Positions 38,265-52,154 of a stretch of 64,000 nt of DNA are shown in pieces. The notes under the pieces are model-generated. The model did not search any database. It was not told where the DNA came from and worked only from the letters and a program-made list of their open reading frames with translations. The position numbers were made by a program, and so were the translations under genes. Source of the stretch: Hyphochytrium catenoides (taxonomy: Eukaryota > Protista > Hyphochytriomycota); assembly GCA_900088475.1 (NCBI GenBank), contig FLMG01001065.1:1-64000 (forward strand), given 5' to 3'. Numbering within the stretch: the first letter of the stretch is position 1; each line of letters begins with the position of its first letter.

Positions 38265-38851
38265 AATGATGATGGGAGGACTACTACCGCGGAAATAAAC
38301 AATTTCTGACATACTCCCAACAAAAAGATGTTTAGAAAACGAAGAAGAGAAAGAGAGAGAGAAGAAGAGAGAGAGAAGAGATGGTGGCTTGAGATTTTGT
38401 GAAGAGAGATAATGGGCTAGATGATGGGAGGATATATTATAGGCGCATGGAAGAAGAAAAAGAGAAGGAGGAGAGAAGAAGGAGAAGAAGAGAAGAAGAA
38501 GAGAAGAAGAAGAGAAGAAGAGGAGGAGGAGAGAAAGGAGAGCAGAACTCATTATTTATTTTCTCTGTGATAAATGTCTTGGCGCTGCTGCTCCTCGAGT
38601 GGCGAAGGCAATGGAAGGGAGAGAGAGAAGCGGTGTCGAAAGCGGGCCCTAATAAGGAGAGAGAGCGCCCTGAGTCCTATAGAAAAATGAAAGGAGCAAG
38701 CGGGCTCTGCCACCTTTAGCGTCCTTCTTTCTTCCTTCAATGGCGAAAGATAGACAGGAGCCACAAAAGCAAGGAAGAAAGGAGAGAGGGGTGGCAGAGA
38801 CATAAGAGAGGAAAACAGAGAAGAGGAAAACAGAGAGANNNNNNNNNNNNN

Positions 38852-38886
<35 letters not shown>

Positions 38887-39228
38887 GGAAGCGAGAAAGA
38901 GAAAGAAAGAAAAGGAAAGAGAGCAAGAAAGAGGAGAGAGAGAAAGAGAGAGAAAGAGAGAGCCAGAGAGAGAAGAGAGAGGGAGCCACAGCGAGAGGGA
39001 GAGAGAGTCCGTCCGCTGACAGAGGCAGCTTGGCGCAGTGAAAAGGCTGAGAGTGAGAGCCCCAGAGGAGCCAAGGTCGAGGTACTTTTCCTCCTTAAGC
39101 TAATGACTGAGGTTCCTTCTGTCCCATGTGCGGGTCCGCGATGTTTCTTCTTTAGACAGACGAAAGTGTCTTACCTTTTTTTGCTGGTAGCGATGCTAAG
39201 GAAGGAAGGGATATGAATAGAGAACAAA

Positions 39229-39267
<39 letters not shown>

Positions 39268-39768
39268 NNNNNNNNNNNNNNNNNNNNNNNNNNNNNNNNN
39301 NNNNNNNNNNNNNNNNNNNNGAGAAAGAGAGAGAGAGAGAGAGAAGGGGGAGAGAGAGAAAGAGAGAGAAGGGAAAGACGGACTAGGAAGTGCGTGGAAA
39401 CGCTAGAGACGGAGCGGATATGAGGAAGAAGGTGAAGGAAAGATAGGCTCAAGGTGCCGCAAGGCGAGGAAAGAGGGCTGGGGAGAGCGATACGGAGGAG
39501 AGAGAAGACAGAGAGAGAGAGAAAGAGAGAGAGAGAGTCAGCGTGAAGCAAGGCGTTTATTCAGTGCCACAGGCTGCTCTGTCAATACTAATCAGTTAGA
39601 GCTTCCTACATTATAACGAAAGCCTACGGTTCGGGAAGATCAAAAAGAGAGAGAGAGAGAGAGAGACGAAGAAAGGAGCAACCTAGAGAGAAAAGAGAAA
39701 CGAAAGAGACAAACAAAGAAAGAGAAAGACACAAAGAAGAGAGAAAGAGGAAGGAGAGAATTCACTCT

Positions 39769-42609
39769 TTAGAGATCCGTGGCGGACATCAGGAAATCTC
39801 TGAAGCTTTTCGGCTTCACTGCTGGGAACTTATCGTTCTGAAGATCATGAAGATGCGTCTTCTCGTTGACCTGGTCAGGGAGTGTTAACGGAAAAGGAAT
39901 AAAAGAAGAGAGAGAGAGAGACAGACAGAGAGAGACAGAGAGAGAAAGAGAAAGAAACAGAGAGAGAGACATAGCGGGAGGGAGAGACGGAGAGGGAGAG
40001 AGAGAGACAGAAAGAGACAAAGAGAGAAAGAGAGAGACAGAGAGAGAGACAGAAAGGGAGAGAAAGAGAAAGTGAGAGAGAGGGAGAGAAAGAGAAAGTG
40101 AGAGAGAGAGAGAGACAGAGAGACAGAGAGGGAGAGAAAGCGAAAGTGAGAGAGAGACAGAGAGAAAGAGAGAGAGAAAGAAAGAGAGAGAGACAGAGAG
40201 AGAGAGAGAGACAGCCAGAGAGAGAGAGAGAGGCGAGAGAAAGCTGATCTTACGCAGTAGAGCTGATACTGCAACTGGACAACTCTGGTGGCGAGACATA
40301 CCAAGGTCAACCATACACAGGGGGCCGAGAAGAGACGAATCGAGAGAGAAAGAGAAAAAGAGAAAGGAAGGAGGACAAAGAGAACAGGAAAGAGAGAGAG
40401 AAAGTTGTCGGACCAAAGACAATGAACGGACAATAAAGTGCAAGACGGACGAGGGAATGGGGGAAACAAAGAGAGCGAGAGGGGAGAAGAGAAGGATAAG
40501 GCTTTGAAAGGTCAAGGCCCCTAACGCCGTCCTCTCTCCTGTCTAACGCTCTCTCTTTCCTTCTCTCTCTCTTTTCCTGTCTCTCTCTCTCTCCCCATCG
40601 CTCGGTCCAGCTTTAGCTTTTGCTCTCTGGGATTCTTTACGGTTGACTGCACTTCTGTCTCCCCGATCCTCCTACATCGTCTCTACCGCTTGTTTTGTCT
40701 TTGACCGCAGTCTCTTATCTCTCGTTCCTCCTTACCGATAAGTCTCTCTCTCTCTCTCTCTCTTTCTCTTTGTCTCCCCCTCTCTCTCTCTCTCTGTGTC
40801 TCTCTCTCTCTCTCTTCTGGGCTCTCTTTTGGTTCTGCCACTCTCTCAGTCTGTCTCCCTCCCTTCTTGTCCCGTTTCCTTCTTATCTATTCGCTGCCTC
40901 TTCGCTCCTTCTCTCTCTCTCTCTCTCACTCCCCTCTGGTTCCTTCCCCTCTCTCCCCCTCTCTCTTTCTCTCTTTCTCCCTTATCTGGCTGACCTCCAT
41001 GCTGGTGCCTGTTTGTCCTCTTTGAGCCTCTGGATCTCTTCCTCCAGGTCCTGAAGGCTGCCGAGACGATTCAACTTGACAGTCCAGCCTTTCACTGCCT
41101 CGTACAGCTGAGCCACCTCACACAGAGAGAGACGGTCGCCACGAACTAAAGCGAGAGCGAGAGCCAGAAAGAGAGAGAGAGAAAGAGAGAGAGAAAGAGA
41201 GTCAGCAAGAGAGAAAGAGTATCAGAAAGAAGAGCGTCATAGAGAGAGAGCGTCATAGAGGGAGAGTCAGGAGAGAGAGTCAAAGAGAGAGTCAAAGAGA
41301 GAGTTAGAGAGAGACAGGGTTACGGAGAGAGATGGAGGGGGCCATAGGTGAGGCTACCAAACATAGGGAGAGAGAGACATAAAGAGAAAAACGTACAGGN
41401 NNNNNNNNNNNNNNNNNNNNNNNNNNNNNNNNNNNNNNNNNNNNNNNNNNNNNNNNNNNNNNNNNNNNNNNNNNNNNNNNNNNNNNNNNNNNNNNNNNNN
41501 NNNNNNNNNNCGAAGGCAAAGAGGGAAAAGAGACTGAAAAGGGTAACAGAGAAAAAAGGCCGGAGCGAGAAAGAGAGAGAGCATGCTCACCGTGCACATC
41601 TCCCACTACTTCTTCCTTTAGCACCGCCTCCACAGTGAAGGCAGCCGCATCTACACAGCCAGTAAATAAATCACTCCCTGGCAGCTTTGTCATCTCTCTC
41701 TCTCTCTTTCTCTTCGTTTCTTCTCCCACACTCTTTCCGTGTTGCCAAGTCTCTCGCTTACCTTAGCTTTCACTCCCACTTCCCGTCTTTCTCCTTTCCT
41801 CCCGTTCTCTCCTTTCTCATCCTCTCTTTCTCTTTCATTCATATGCTGTGGCTCTCTTCCGTGTTCTCTCTCTCTCTCTCTCTCTCATCTGCTTACCTTC
41901 ATAGCTGGTAAAGTCAATCTTCTCCTCTCCTGAGCCGTAGAAGTTCAAGGCCTTTGCCTCCTTGTCCCAGACGCCCAGAAACCCAAAGAGAACCTCCATG
42001 AAGCAGCCGCAGAAGATGTGCACAGTGGACTGAGAGAGAGAGAGAGAGAGAATGATGGTGAAGGAGAGAGAGAGACGGCAAGAGAGAGAGATGGAAGGAG
42101 GATACAGGGTCCAGAAGAAGATGGCAAGGAGAAGATTAGCTAGATGTTCTTTCTCTCCCTTGACCACCGCGAAACAATCGTGGTCGTCTCACCTTCTCTG
42201 TCTCACTACCTTTCTCTTTCTCTCGCTTTTTCTCTCTCTCTCTCTCTCTTTCTCTCTGTCTATCTTAGAAAAGGAAAATCTCTGTAAGCACTAGCCATTC
42301 CCTCATTCTCACTTCGACCACGGCTCCTCGCTTCATTCTCTTTCTCTTCTGTCTCAGAGATTTCATACACTCTCTTACGCTCTCTCTTTCTGTCTCTCTT
42401 CCTCTATCCTCTTCTTCCAGCCTCATCTTTCCTCTAACGCTCTCTCTCTCTCTCTTCTCATTCTTCTTCCTCTGCCTTCGACTCTCTCCCTTACAATGTC
42501 TTTGTGTTGGTCCGTGTACTCAGCGAACGCTCTCTGCCAGTCCTTGTGAGGGTGGCTGCCCGGCGGAAGGCGGCGATAGTCCATCGTAAAGTCAGAGGCC
42601 ACGAATCGC

Positions 42610-42682
<73 letters not shown>

Positions 42683-43412
42683 AGCAGAGAGAGAAAACAA
42701 AAGCGAGAACGAGAAAAGCGTCAGCGACACAGAGGAAGAGCAAAGGGAAAGATCACATTGCTGTTGAGCTCTGCAAAGTATGATGTCCGACTGAAAAAGA
42801 AAATAAGTAGTTTCTCTTCCAACTCGGACTCCTCCGTTTGCTGCGGTTTGCCCGCCCTAGCCTCTCTCTCTTTCTTTTCTCTTTCTCTATCCCTACGTGG
42901 TCATCCCCAGAGGCCTTTCTCCGTCACCAGTATCTTTTTCTCTCTCTTCTTCTCTCTCTCTCTCTCGTCTTTCTCTCTTTCTTCTCTCTCTTATTTCTTC
43001 TCTCTCCTCCTCCTCTCTCTCTCTCTCTCTCTCTCTCTTTTTCTTTCTCTCTCTCTCTCTCTCTCTTTTGGCTCTTTACCTTGACTCCACAGCTCCTAGC
43101 AGCGTCAAACAAGTTCTTCTGTCCCTCGAGAAAGACTCTCTCCTCTCCCACGACACAGGAGATGACCGCGAACTTGTCCTTGCAGGCTTTATACAGAGAA
43201 TCACGGTCAAAGAGATCGCCCTCGAGAAAGACAATGCCTCTTTCGTCTCTCTCTCTCCCGCCAACTTTCTTCTTATCTCGTACAAGCCCAAATATCTTTA
43301 CTTCCTCTCCGCGGGTGCGGTGCAGATACTCTGTCACCAGAGAGCCTAGCCGCCCATTCGCACCAACGACAAGGAATTTTTTGGCGTTTACATTCTCATA
43401 AGGCGTGATCAT
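39769..43412 (-). CDS. NmrA-like / isoflavone-reductase-like NAD(P)-binding protein (~307 aa)
   Basis: Seven frame-consistent GT-AG exons: 43412-43080, 42608-42495, 42029-41897, 41650-41591, 41145-40995, 40284-40254 and 39870-39769. Motifs VVGANGRLG, GQKNLFDAARSCGVKRFVASDF and CGCFME...IDFTSYEDAAAFT. Confidence 0.88.
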
Positions 43413-44005
43413 CTTCTCTCTCTCTCTTTTCTTCGTCTTTTTGCTCTTCTTCTCTCTCTCTCTCGCTCTCTTAGCTCGCGTCTCTCCTCTCTCTCAGGTC
43501 CCTGCTTTCTTATATCTTTTTGTCTATCTCGATGCGGCCTCTCTCCTGTCTCTCTCGATCCGCTGTCTCTTCTCTTTTAGTGTTCGTAGAGTATTTGTCA
43601 GTCTTTGGTTACCGATCACGGTTTTCAACTTGTGAGCTTTAGCAGAGATCGTAGACTGCAAGGAGGCTTTCGCGGCGGCAAAGAGTTAAAAGAGAGAGGA
43701 GAGAGAGAGAGAGAGAGAGAGTGAGAGAGAGAGACGGGTACGGGGAGAGAGAGAGAGAGATGACGCATGGGGATGGAGTGATGGACGGGACTGAAGCTAA
43801 CTACTCCGTAGGAAGTATGGGATAAATTGGGGCAAAGATATGGGCAAAGACCAGAGGAAGGCTACAGACGAGTTCTTCTTGCAGCAGAAGAGGAAGCTAT
43901 GATGAGATAGTTCTAGGGGGAAAGACGGCTTGATCTTGTTGGAGAGAAGAGAGAAGAAAGAGAGAGAGGGAGAGAGAGAGACAGAGAGAAGGCGGGGGAG
44001 AGAGA

Positions 44006-44075
<70 letters not shown>

Positions 44076-44289
44076 GCAAGATGGAATCAGAACATGGGTC
44101 AAAGAAGAAGAGGACCAGCAAAAGAACAGGGCGACATGCGGGAGAGCGAAGAGAAAGGAAAGCAGCACCCTAAGTGCGGCTATGTTCTGATCTCTCTAAC
44201 CGAACCAGCATTCTTATAGGTAATCAGAACCCTGGACGGTCCAGGTAGACAGGTTTGGGGCAGTTCTCAAGAAAGATTACGCGCAGCTG

Positions 44290-46780
44290 ATGCGTTGTCT
44301 CGTCCTCTCCTTTCTTCCAGAGTGTTTCCACCTTATTGCTCTCCCTGCTTGTTCTCCTCTCTCTCTCTCCCTTTCTCTCTCTCTCTCTCTCTGTCTCGCT
44401 CTCCTATCTGTTGATGTGAGAGAAACCCAATCCATTCTGTCTGGGGGGGTTTCTAAGGCAAGAACGGTGGGGGTCTCTCTCTCTCTCTCTCACTCTTCTC
44501 TCTCTTTCCCTTCGGCCTTCCTGTCTCTTTCTCTCTCTCTCTCTTTCCCCCTCTGTTGACGCAAAAAAAATTCAACCAATTCTTTTCTGGGTGGTGGACT
44601 CTAAGGGAAACAGAAGAGATTTGAGGCTGGGGCGGGTCTGTGCTTCTCCCTAAGGGTTGCCTTCTCTCTATCTTTCTGTCTGTCTCTCTCTCTCTCTCCC
44701 TCTGTCTCTCCATCCCTCCCTCTCTCTCTCTCTCCCTCTCCTCTGATGATGCAAAACAAACCCAATCGGGCGGATCTCTAAGCAAACAGCGCTTGATGCT
44801 GGGGCAGACTGTGCTTCCCCCTAACAATAACACCTGTTCCTCAACGACAAAAAAAAGTAATGGACTTCTCATCACTCATCTTCTTCCCAGAGCAACGAGG
44901 TAAATAACACTTCCTTCTTCCCTCGGTAAGGCTTCGGATTCACTCTAAGCAAACCGGCGGTCGTGGGCGATGCTGTTCGTCTCTTCTTCTCAGGCATCAT
45001 TATGTTTCTTCTTCTCCTTCTTTTTTCTTCTTTATGTTATTAGGCTTTATCATGATGCCTGACAAGCTCTTCCATTCCTTGAATAGAGTGACCAAGCAGG
45101 AGGAGGAAGCGGTGATGTGCGAGAGTATCGACCAAGAGGAGGAGGGGCTCGCTATTGACCTGTCCAAATCTTCATCATACCTCCTCTCTACGTCTTCTTG
45201 TTCTTCTTTCTCCATCTTCGTCTATATCATCTAAACTCTCTTTCTTCTTTCCCTGTCTCTGCCATTCCTTCTATGCTCTCATCAAACCACAGTCGTACTG
45301 ATGGAAATGGCACTTTGTCTCTACCTTTCCTTACAAGGACGGTGCTGGCAGCAGGGAAAGACACGGCGAAGAGTGATGAGCATCTGTGACGCCCGTGGTG
45401 AGCTTCATCATATAAACGAAGAAAGAACACCTAAATTCCAATCCCAGCACTGTCCCATAACGAGTGTGCCATATACCATATAATGGAGCAGGAGAAGAAG
45501 AGGGGAAGGAAGAATCAAGATCCTCAGTCAAGGAGAAGTACAAGGAGGGAGATCCGTGGTGGGGAGAAGATAGGTGGTGGGTGCTGCTGTTGGCGGTAGT
45601 GGTAAACGCAGCCACTGTCTCGTTGATGGACCGTGGCGTACTGCCTACTATATGAGGAACAGGAAGAAGGATCGCTCGTGGGATGATGATGAAGAAGAAG
45701 GAGCAAAAGCTTTCAAATGTACTACGCTACGAGTCCTACCCCTTGGGCTGCAAATTGAAGTGATTGACCTCATGATGGAAGAGGAGCACATCCTCTTCGA
45801 GTAAGTAGCAAGGGGCTACTGGGACAGCGGGCAGGTGAGGAAGAAGGAAACAAGATCTGTGTTGGTGCATAGAAGAAGAGATTGTTCTCAGTCACTAGCT
45901 CTTTATGAAAAAAGCATATCGTGAAGCCCTGCTTCTTCGTAGGTGGAGGTCTTTGTGGTGGAGGACGGGCAAAGCAAGAAGAATCAATTATTAATAAAAA
46001 TAGGAGTAGGAGGGGACAAAAGAGGTAAGGCCTTAAGCATCAAGAGTCTCGAAAAAAAGGAGGAAAATGATGGGTGGCTTTCTGTCAGCTTGGGACAGGG
46101 TGCAGGGAGGAGAATCACCTCCTGTCAACCTATCTGCTTCTCAATTGGTTCAGAAGACGCGAAGCAGAGTTGTCTGTTGGCTTCGACGCTGAAACCGGAC
46201 AAGAGCCACGGTTCTATCTGTAGTAGATATAGAAAATGAGAACTATCAAGTGCTTGGATATGGATGGGCAGATCAACGACGACAGCATCGAAAGCGTGGA
46301 GCCGCTGGAGAAGAACTGAGGATGAGCTGCCCAAGGTAGGTCTAGGGAGTGAGCGAGACGACGTAGAAAGAGAAAAGTAATCACTGATACCTTAGGGATC
46401 GGGAGTAGCATAGTAGCACAGGAGAGTTCAAGAGGGGTTATTCTGAGGGGAAGTTCATCAATAGCGGTGAACAGAGAAGGTGACAGAGGAAGAAGAGGAA
46501 GCTTCTTTCTACATTGCTAAGAGCAGCTAGTCTTTTGCTTCGTGTTACAGAAGCAACCCAGTCATCAATAAAGCCGTTCTTCACCTTTCTGCTGCGCGCT
46601 TGTCGATCTTCAGTAGTGCTTTGTAGATCTGACTGTCGCCTTGGTGGCCAGCTCAGTCTACAAACTCTGCAGGGGAGCTTCCTATGTCTTCTGACGTCTG
46701 CTTCAGCTAAATAACCTTAGCTCCGAGTCAGCTAATCGATCCGTGGCACAGACCGAGTCTGACAACTTGCTCTGCTTCAG
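44290..46780. repeat. Diverged interspersed repeat/segmental duplication, copy A (partner at 48600-50450)
   Basis: Direct similarity of 44300-45100 and 45850-46090 with 48600-49280 and 50060-50450. Inverted similarity of 46090-46780 with 49290-50050. Confidence 0.75.
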
Positions 46781-48599
46781 ATAATCAGTAATTGTCACAC
46801 TGGGAGGAGATCGAGAGTTGTTGAGATTGAAGAGTGTCAGTTAACTTTTAATGCCACATTGTCATATAGCTCTAAAGAACTCATAATGGCTAAGAAGTGA
46901 ATGGCGAAGAAGGAGACGGAGAAGGAGAAGAAGAAAGAAAAGAAGAAGGAGAAGAAGAAAGAGAAGAAGAAAGAGAAGAAGAAGAAAAATGAAGAGGAGG
47001 CGAGAGCTACAAAGCCCTGGACGGACTCTTCAACACATTCTGCTTCTCCGTTCTCACCATCAATGTCAGAAAAGGAAGAAGAATCATTGTTCAACACTTC
47101 CGCAATAATGATAGGAGACGGAGGAGGAGAAGAAGAAGAAGAAGGCGTGGCGCCGAGACGTTCATCATCATCACGGTCAATCATCCAAGCTGGAGCGGGG
47201 TCCAACGGGCTGAACAGGACTAGGCTTCAAGATCTGTAACGCATTCTTTTTGTGATGACAGAAGAGGATTGGTAAGGTTTGATGAGTCGTTTTTACTGGG
47301 TGGTATCGAATAGCCTAAACCACCAGATTACCAAATTCTAGGGAACGTTTCTGCAACTTTCCGAGGCTCTGATTGGTCAATCGATCTACTAGGAGACTCT
47401 CAGATCTGAAAAGGGGGTGCCACCCCCTTTTCAATTCACCATTAGGGTTCAGCACGCTTATTACATATTTTCTCAGGGATCGGCACTAGGTTAGTGGTTA
47501 TTATTTCTTTCTGGTCCGAACAGCTTGGATTCGGAAGGCAGAGCACTTTCAGATCTTCGTGCTTGTTATCGATTCCTCTACCATCTGTCGGAAATAGACC
47601 CTAATTTCCTAGATCCTACCAGACTTTTCTCCTAGTACAACGTTGACGAACAACGATGACAACATGAACAACGATGCCAACATCCTCACATCCTCACCCT
47701 CATCGAAATCACTGCCCGAGCTTCAAGCTAAGAGGTTTTAGTAGAGATTTATTGACAGATGGTATCTCTCATCTGCCATCGCCGCCCTGGATCTCCCCAC
47801 CAAAAGAGGAGAAGGAGGATCGTCTTGTTCTCATAGTTCTCCCTCATGCAGTCCCACTGCTAATTGATGATAGCATAATCGAGTCAAGTAGTACCTTTGC
47901 TTGTGAGCAAATAGCTGCTACTACGACAAAGATGATGCGTTCACATCTTCTCTGACTTTTGCATCCATTCTGAAGACTGAAGACGACTGCATCTGAAGAT
48001 TTTTATTGCGTTCGTGCCAAGAAGAGCATAGAACTTCTTCCTGTTCATTCACAGTACTCCCAAGCTATCACTTTAGATTGACCGCAGGAGTAATAATATG
48101 AACTCACATGTTTTAGTGTCAAAGTAGCGTACTACTATTCTGGCTTTCACTCTGAACGTTTAGGAACTCGAGACCAGCTATTTGATAGCTTTGACCAGCC
48201 AAGTCCTAGGAGTCTAGGGCCATTCTGAAGTTCTGGTAATCTGGTGATTTGGTGGCTCCGGCTATTCGATACCACCCGCTATAATAAGAGAAACGTCTTT
48301 ACCGTCCACAAATCTAGGACTCCTGGTCATGATCCTAAAATTTTGGAGGGCATCCTAAAATTCTGGCAGGTGGCGAAACGGCTGAGCTCCTCCTGGAGAA
48401 TGGCTGAATGGAGGCTCCTCATTGGTTGGGACAATTTGAGGAACTGTATTCTATTACGGATCTGAGATTAGTAGAATCTCATCAGATTGGCGTTCAAATT
48501 TATGAAACTATGGCCAATGTAAACCTTAGGCTTAACACTTGCCATAGTCAATAGCAGAGGAGATGCCCGCCTAGAGTTCACTTTTATGACACCTTGGCG

Positions 48600-50450
48600 G
48601 CTTGCATCTAGACTGCTTTGTCCTCTCTCTTCTCTTGCTCGCTCGCTCTCTCCCTCTCCCTCCATCTCTCTCTCCCTCTCTTTCGCCCTCTCTCCTCCCT
48701 CTGTTGATGCATAACAAACCCAAACCATCCTTTCTGGCAGAGTTTCTGAGGAAAAACTGTGCTTCTCCCATAAGAGTTGCGTTCTTCCCTCTCTCTCTCT
48801 TTCTCTATTATCTCTCTCTCTCTGTCTGCTCTCTCTCTCTGTGCCTCTCTCTCTCTTCTAGGTCTCCCTCTGTCTCTCTCTGTCTCTCTGCCTTTCTCTC
48901 TCTCTCTCTCCTCTCTGTTGATGCAAAACAAACCTAACTCATTCTTCTTTCGGGGTGGTCTCTAGGAAGCAGTGCTTGATGCTGGAAGATGACTGGGCTT
49001 CTATCTAATAATAACCCCTGTTTTCATAATCAATGACCACAAAGAATCAATGGACTCCTCATCACTCATCTTTCCAAAGGAACAAGGTAGATAATAGAAC
49101 TACTACTACTTTTCTCCTCGTCGGTGAGGCTTCGGACTCACTCTACGGAGGTGCGCTCTTCCCTTCTACCTCTCTCTCACGCTTTTGAAGCGTTGCTCTC
49201 TCTGCTTGGGCGCAGCAGAGGCAGGCAGCAGCTAGCTCAGGCGGTCGTGGGCGGTGCTGTTCGTCTCTTCTTCTCATCAGTGAAGCAGATCGAGCCCTCA
49301 GACTCGGCCTATGCTACTGATCGGTCGATTGGCTGGCTGGCACGGAGCTAAGGTTACTTCATTGAGTAGACGTAAGAAAACATAGGAAGCTCTTCTTCCG
49401 CAGAGTTTGTAGACTGAGCTGGCCACACCCAGACTGGTCAACCAGACTATCCCGCAACTCGGGACTCATACGACAGTCATATCTCAAAAGCACTACTACT
49501 GAAGATTGACAATCGTGCAGCAGAAAGATGAAGAACGGCTTTATTGATGAATGGGTTGCTTCTTCTGTAACACGAAGCAAAAGACTAACTGCTGTTAGCA
49601 ATGTAGGAAACAAGCTCCGCTCCCTCTTTCTGTCTCTTCCTCTGTTCACCACTACTACTACTAGTAGTAGTGAGCTTCCTTCATAATAGTCCCTCTTTAC
49701 CTCTCCTAGGCTGCTACTCTGCTACTCCCTAGTAAAGGTGGTTCCGTGTCTAAATCTCTCTTTCCACGTCTTCCCTCTCACTCCCTAGACCACCTACCTT
49801 GGGCAAGCAGCTTATCCTCACTGTTCTTCTTCTCCAGCTGGCTCCAAGCTTCCACGCTGTCATTGTTGATGATCTGCCCATACATATACAAGTACTTGGC
49901 TGTTCTCATTCCATATCTACTATAAATAGAATATTGGCTCTTTGTCCCGTTTCAGCTTCGAGTCCAACTCTGCCTCGCATCTTCTGAACCAATCAAGAAG
50001 TAAATAGCTTGGCAGGTGATTCTCCGCCCTCCTCCTGCACCCTGTTACAAACACTCAGTCATTATGTGTCTTCTCTTTCTTCCTTCTTCTTTCTTCTTGT
50101 TATTAGGCTTTATCATGATGGCTGATTGCCTCTTCCATTTCTTGGATAGAGTGACAAGAAGAAGGAGACCAGATCTCTGTTGGTGAATAGAAGAGAAGAT
50201 TGTTCACAGTCAGTCACTTTTTGTAGAAAGATACCTTGAGCCCTGCTTCGTGGGTGGAGCTCTTTGTTGTGGTGGAGGACGGGCACGAGAAGAACTAACT
50301 TCCAATAAAAAGAAGAAACGTCAGTTGTTCTTCGGCGCAAGACCCTGCTAATGGTGTAGAAGAGGAGTAGGAAGGCAAGAAAAGAGGTAAGTATACAAGA
50401 GTTTCGAAAAAGGAGAAGAAATTGATGGGTGCCTTTCTGTCATCAGCTAC
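48600..50450. repeat. Diverged interspersed repeat/segmental duplication, copy B, with internal inversion
   Basis: Shared words include GGCGGTCGTGGGCG(A/G)TGCTGTTCGTCTCTTCTTCTCA and TTATTAGGCTTTATCATGATG (direct) and CTTTTGCTTCGTGTTACAGAAG (inverted). Confidence 0.75.
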
Positions 50451-52110
50451 CCTCAACCATTTATAACTACTGCTATCTTACTAGAGGAAGAAAAGAAAGA
50501 GACTGAGAAGGCTTGCCCTCTCAATCCCTTGATGCAGCGAAGGGTTCCAACCAAACAACAAGAGAGTCAGCAACATCGGTCGGCAGTTCGGCGACCACTC
50601 CACTACTACTACTCAGAGGCTTGACCGCGCACTAATGAGCCCACTGCACTAATAGAAAGAAGCATCATCATAGAAAGAAAGATCATCATCATCGACTGTC
50701 CACGTCAACATTTCTGTCGTTCTCGTACCATCTCTTGTACAATTGCTCTCTCTCTCTCTTATCTCTTCGCTGCTGGGCAGCCTCTCGTGCTGCTCCTCCG
50801 TCCCAGCACCAAACAAGTAGTAGACTCTCATCTAACAAACTCTTCATGGCACAAGAATGTGCGGATTCCAATCATCATTACCCCAACCCTGTCATTCTCT
50901 CTATTATTTACACATGGGTCTCACGGATGACGTAGGAAGAATGTGCGCAAGACTATCTTTATTGGTTGGCTTGAGCTTCGCTTGTGGCTACCATTGTGAC
51001 CGATAAAAGGACCTTGGCTTCCGATTTCCTAGGGAGACAGACAGATGAGGACAATGGGAAGAAGTGAGAAAGGAAGATACGTTCTACTCGTGTCCACGAT
51101 CTTCGGCTTGCATCCTGGATACTTCTGCCGACAACGAGCTTTATCCTCCAATGCTGGCGGACTATTTTGAATAACATAGAACTAGAGGTTGTGTTTTGGC
51201 GTAGTGCCAAAGTTACAGTCCGCTCTTTGGAGTTCAAGGATATCACGCCGAGCCCGCAACATGGACGGACGCGGAAACAATGGAAGAGAAAATTTTTAAT
51301 CAAAGCTTGGGAAGAAAACCATAGAACTAGAGGAAAATTGGACAGCATCTTATCCATTCCAGGAACGTGCGTGGCAGACATGCAGGCTGGCAGAAAGAGC
51401 CAACCACAGAGCCAAACGCTGCTTCTTGTGAAGATGATGCTTCGTCATGGAAAAAGTCTATTATTGCAGGAAGATGGGCTTTATTGGACTAAAGTAAGCC
51501 TTTATTGGATGCAGGAAACTTCCACATGCACTCATAAAGGCGAGACAGAGTCTGCATAAAGGCGTTAATTGACCAAAGAAGCACATTGGCGAGATTGTGG
51601 TGGATAGTTAACGGAGAGAACTAAATGGAAAAGAGGTGGAAGAGGAAGAGAGAGTGGATAACACTTTGGGCTGGTACATAAGCCGTCTTTCGAATCTTGA
51701 GGTTTGAGGACCCACTCCACCTACGAATAAGCGGATGGGGCTGGTGTTTCTGATAATAATTAGACAATCGAGAATAAATAGTGACTTCTGGCTGCGGATG
51801 CTAGATTTATGCAGAGTGTTTGTTGGATCTTTTGGATAGGTGGGTGGGAGAGAGTTCGCTGCTGGTGAGCATCGCAAAAGAGCTAGAGCTATTTTTATCA
51901 AGGAGAGGGTGGATGGGCATATAAGTGGTAGTACAGCCCTCCGCGAAGCCACACATTATGTTCCTGCAAGATCCTCGAACATTATAAAGGGCTTGCCGAG
52001 CCCATACATTACATGTCAGACAATGAAACGTCTGCGATGTGGAAGGGGTCGATGGTACATTTTGTGACACAGCGTTTGGAGAGGCCAAACACTTCTTTGG
52101 ATCACAGTCT

Positions 52111-52154
<44 letters not shown>

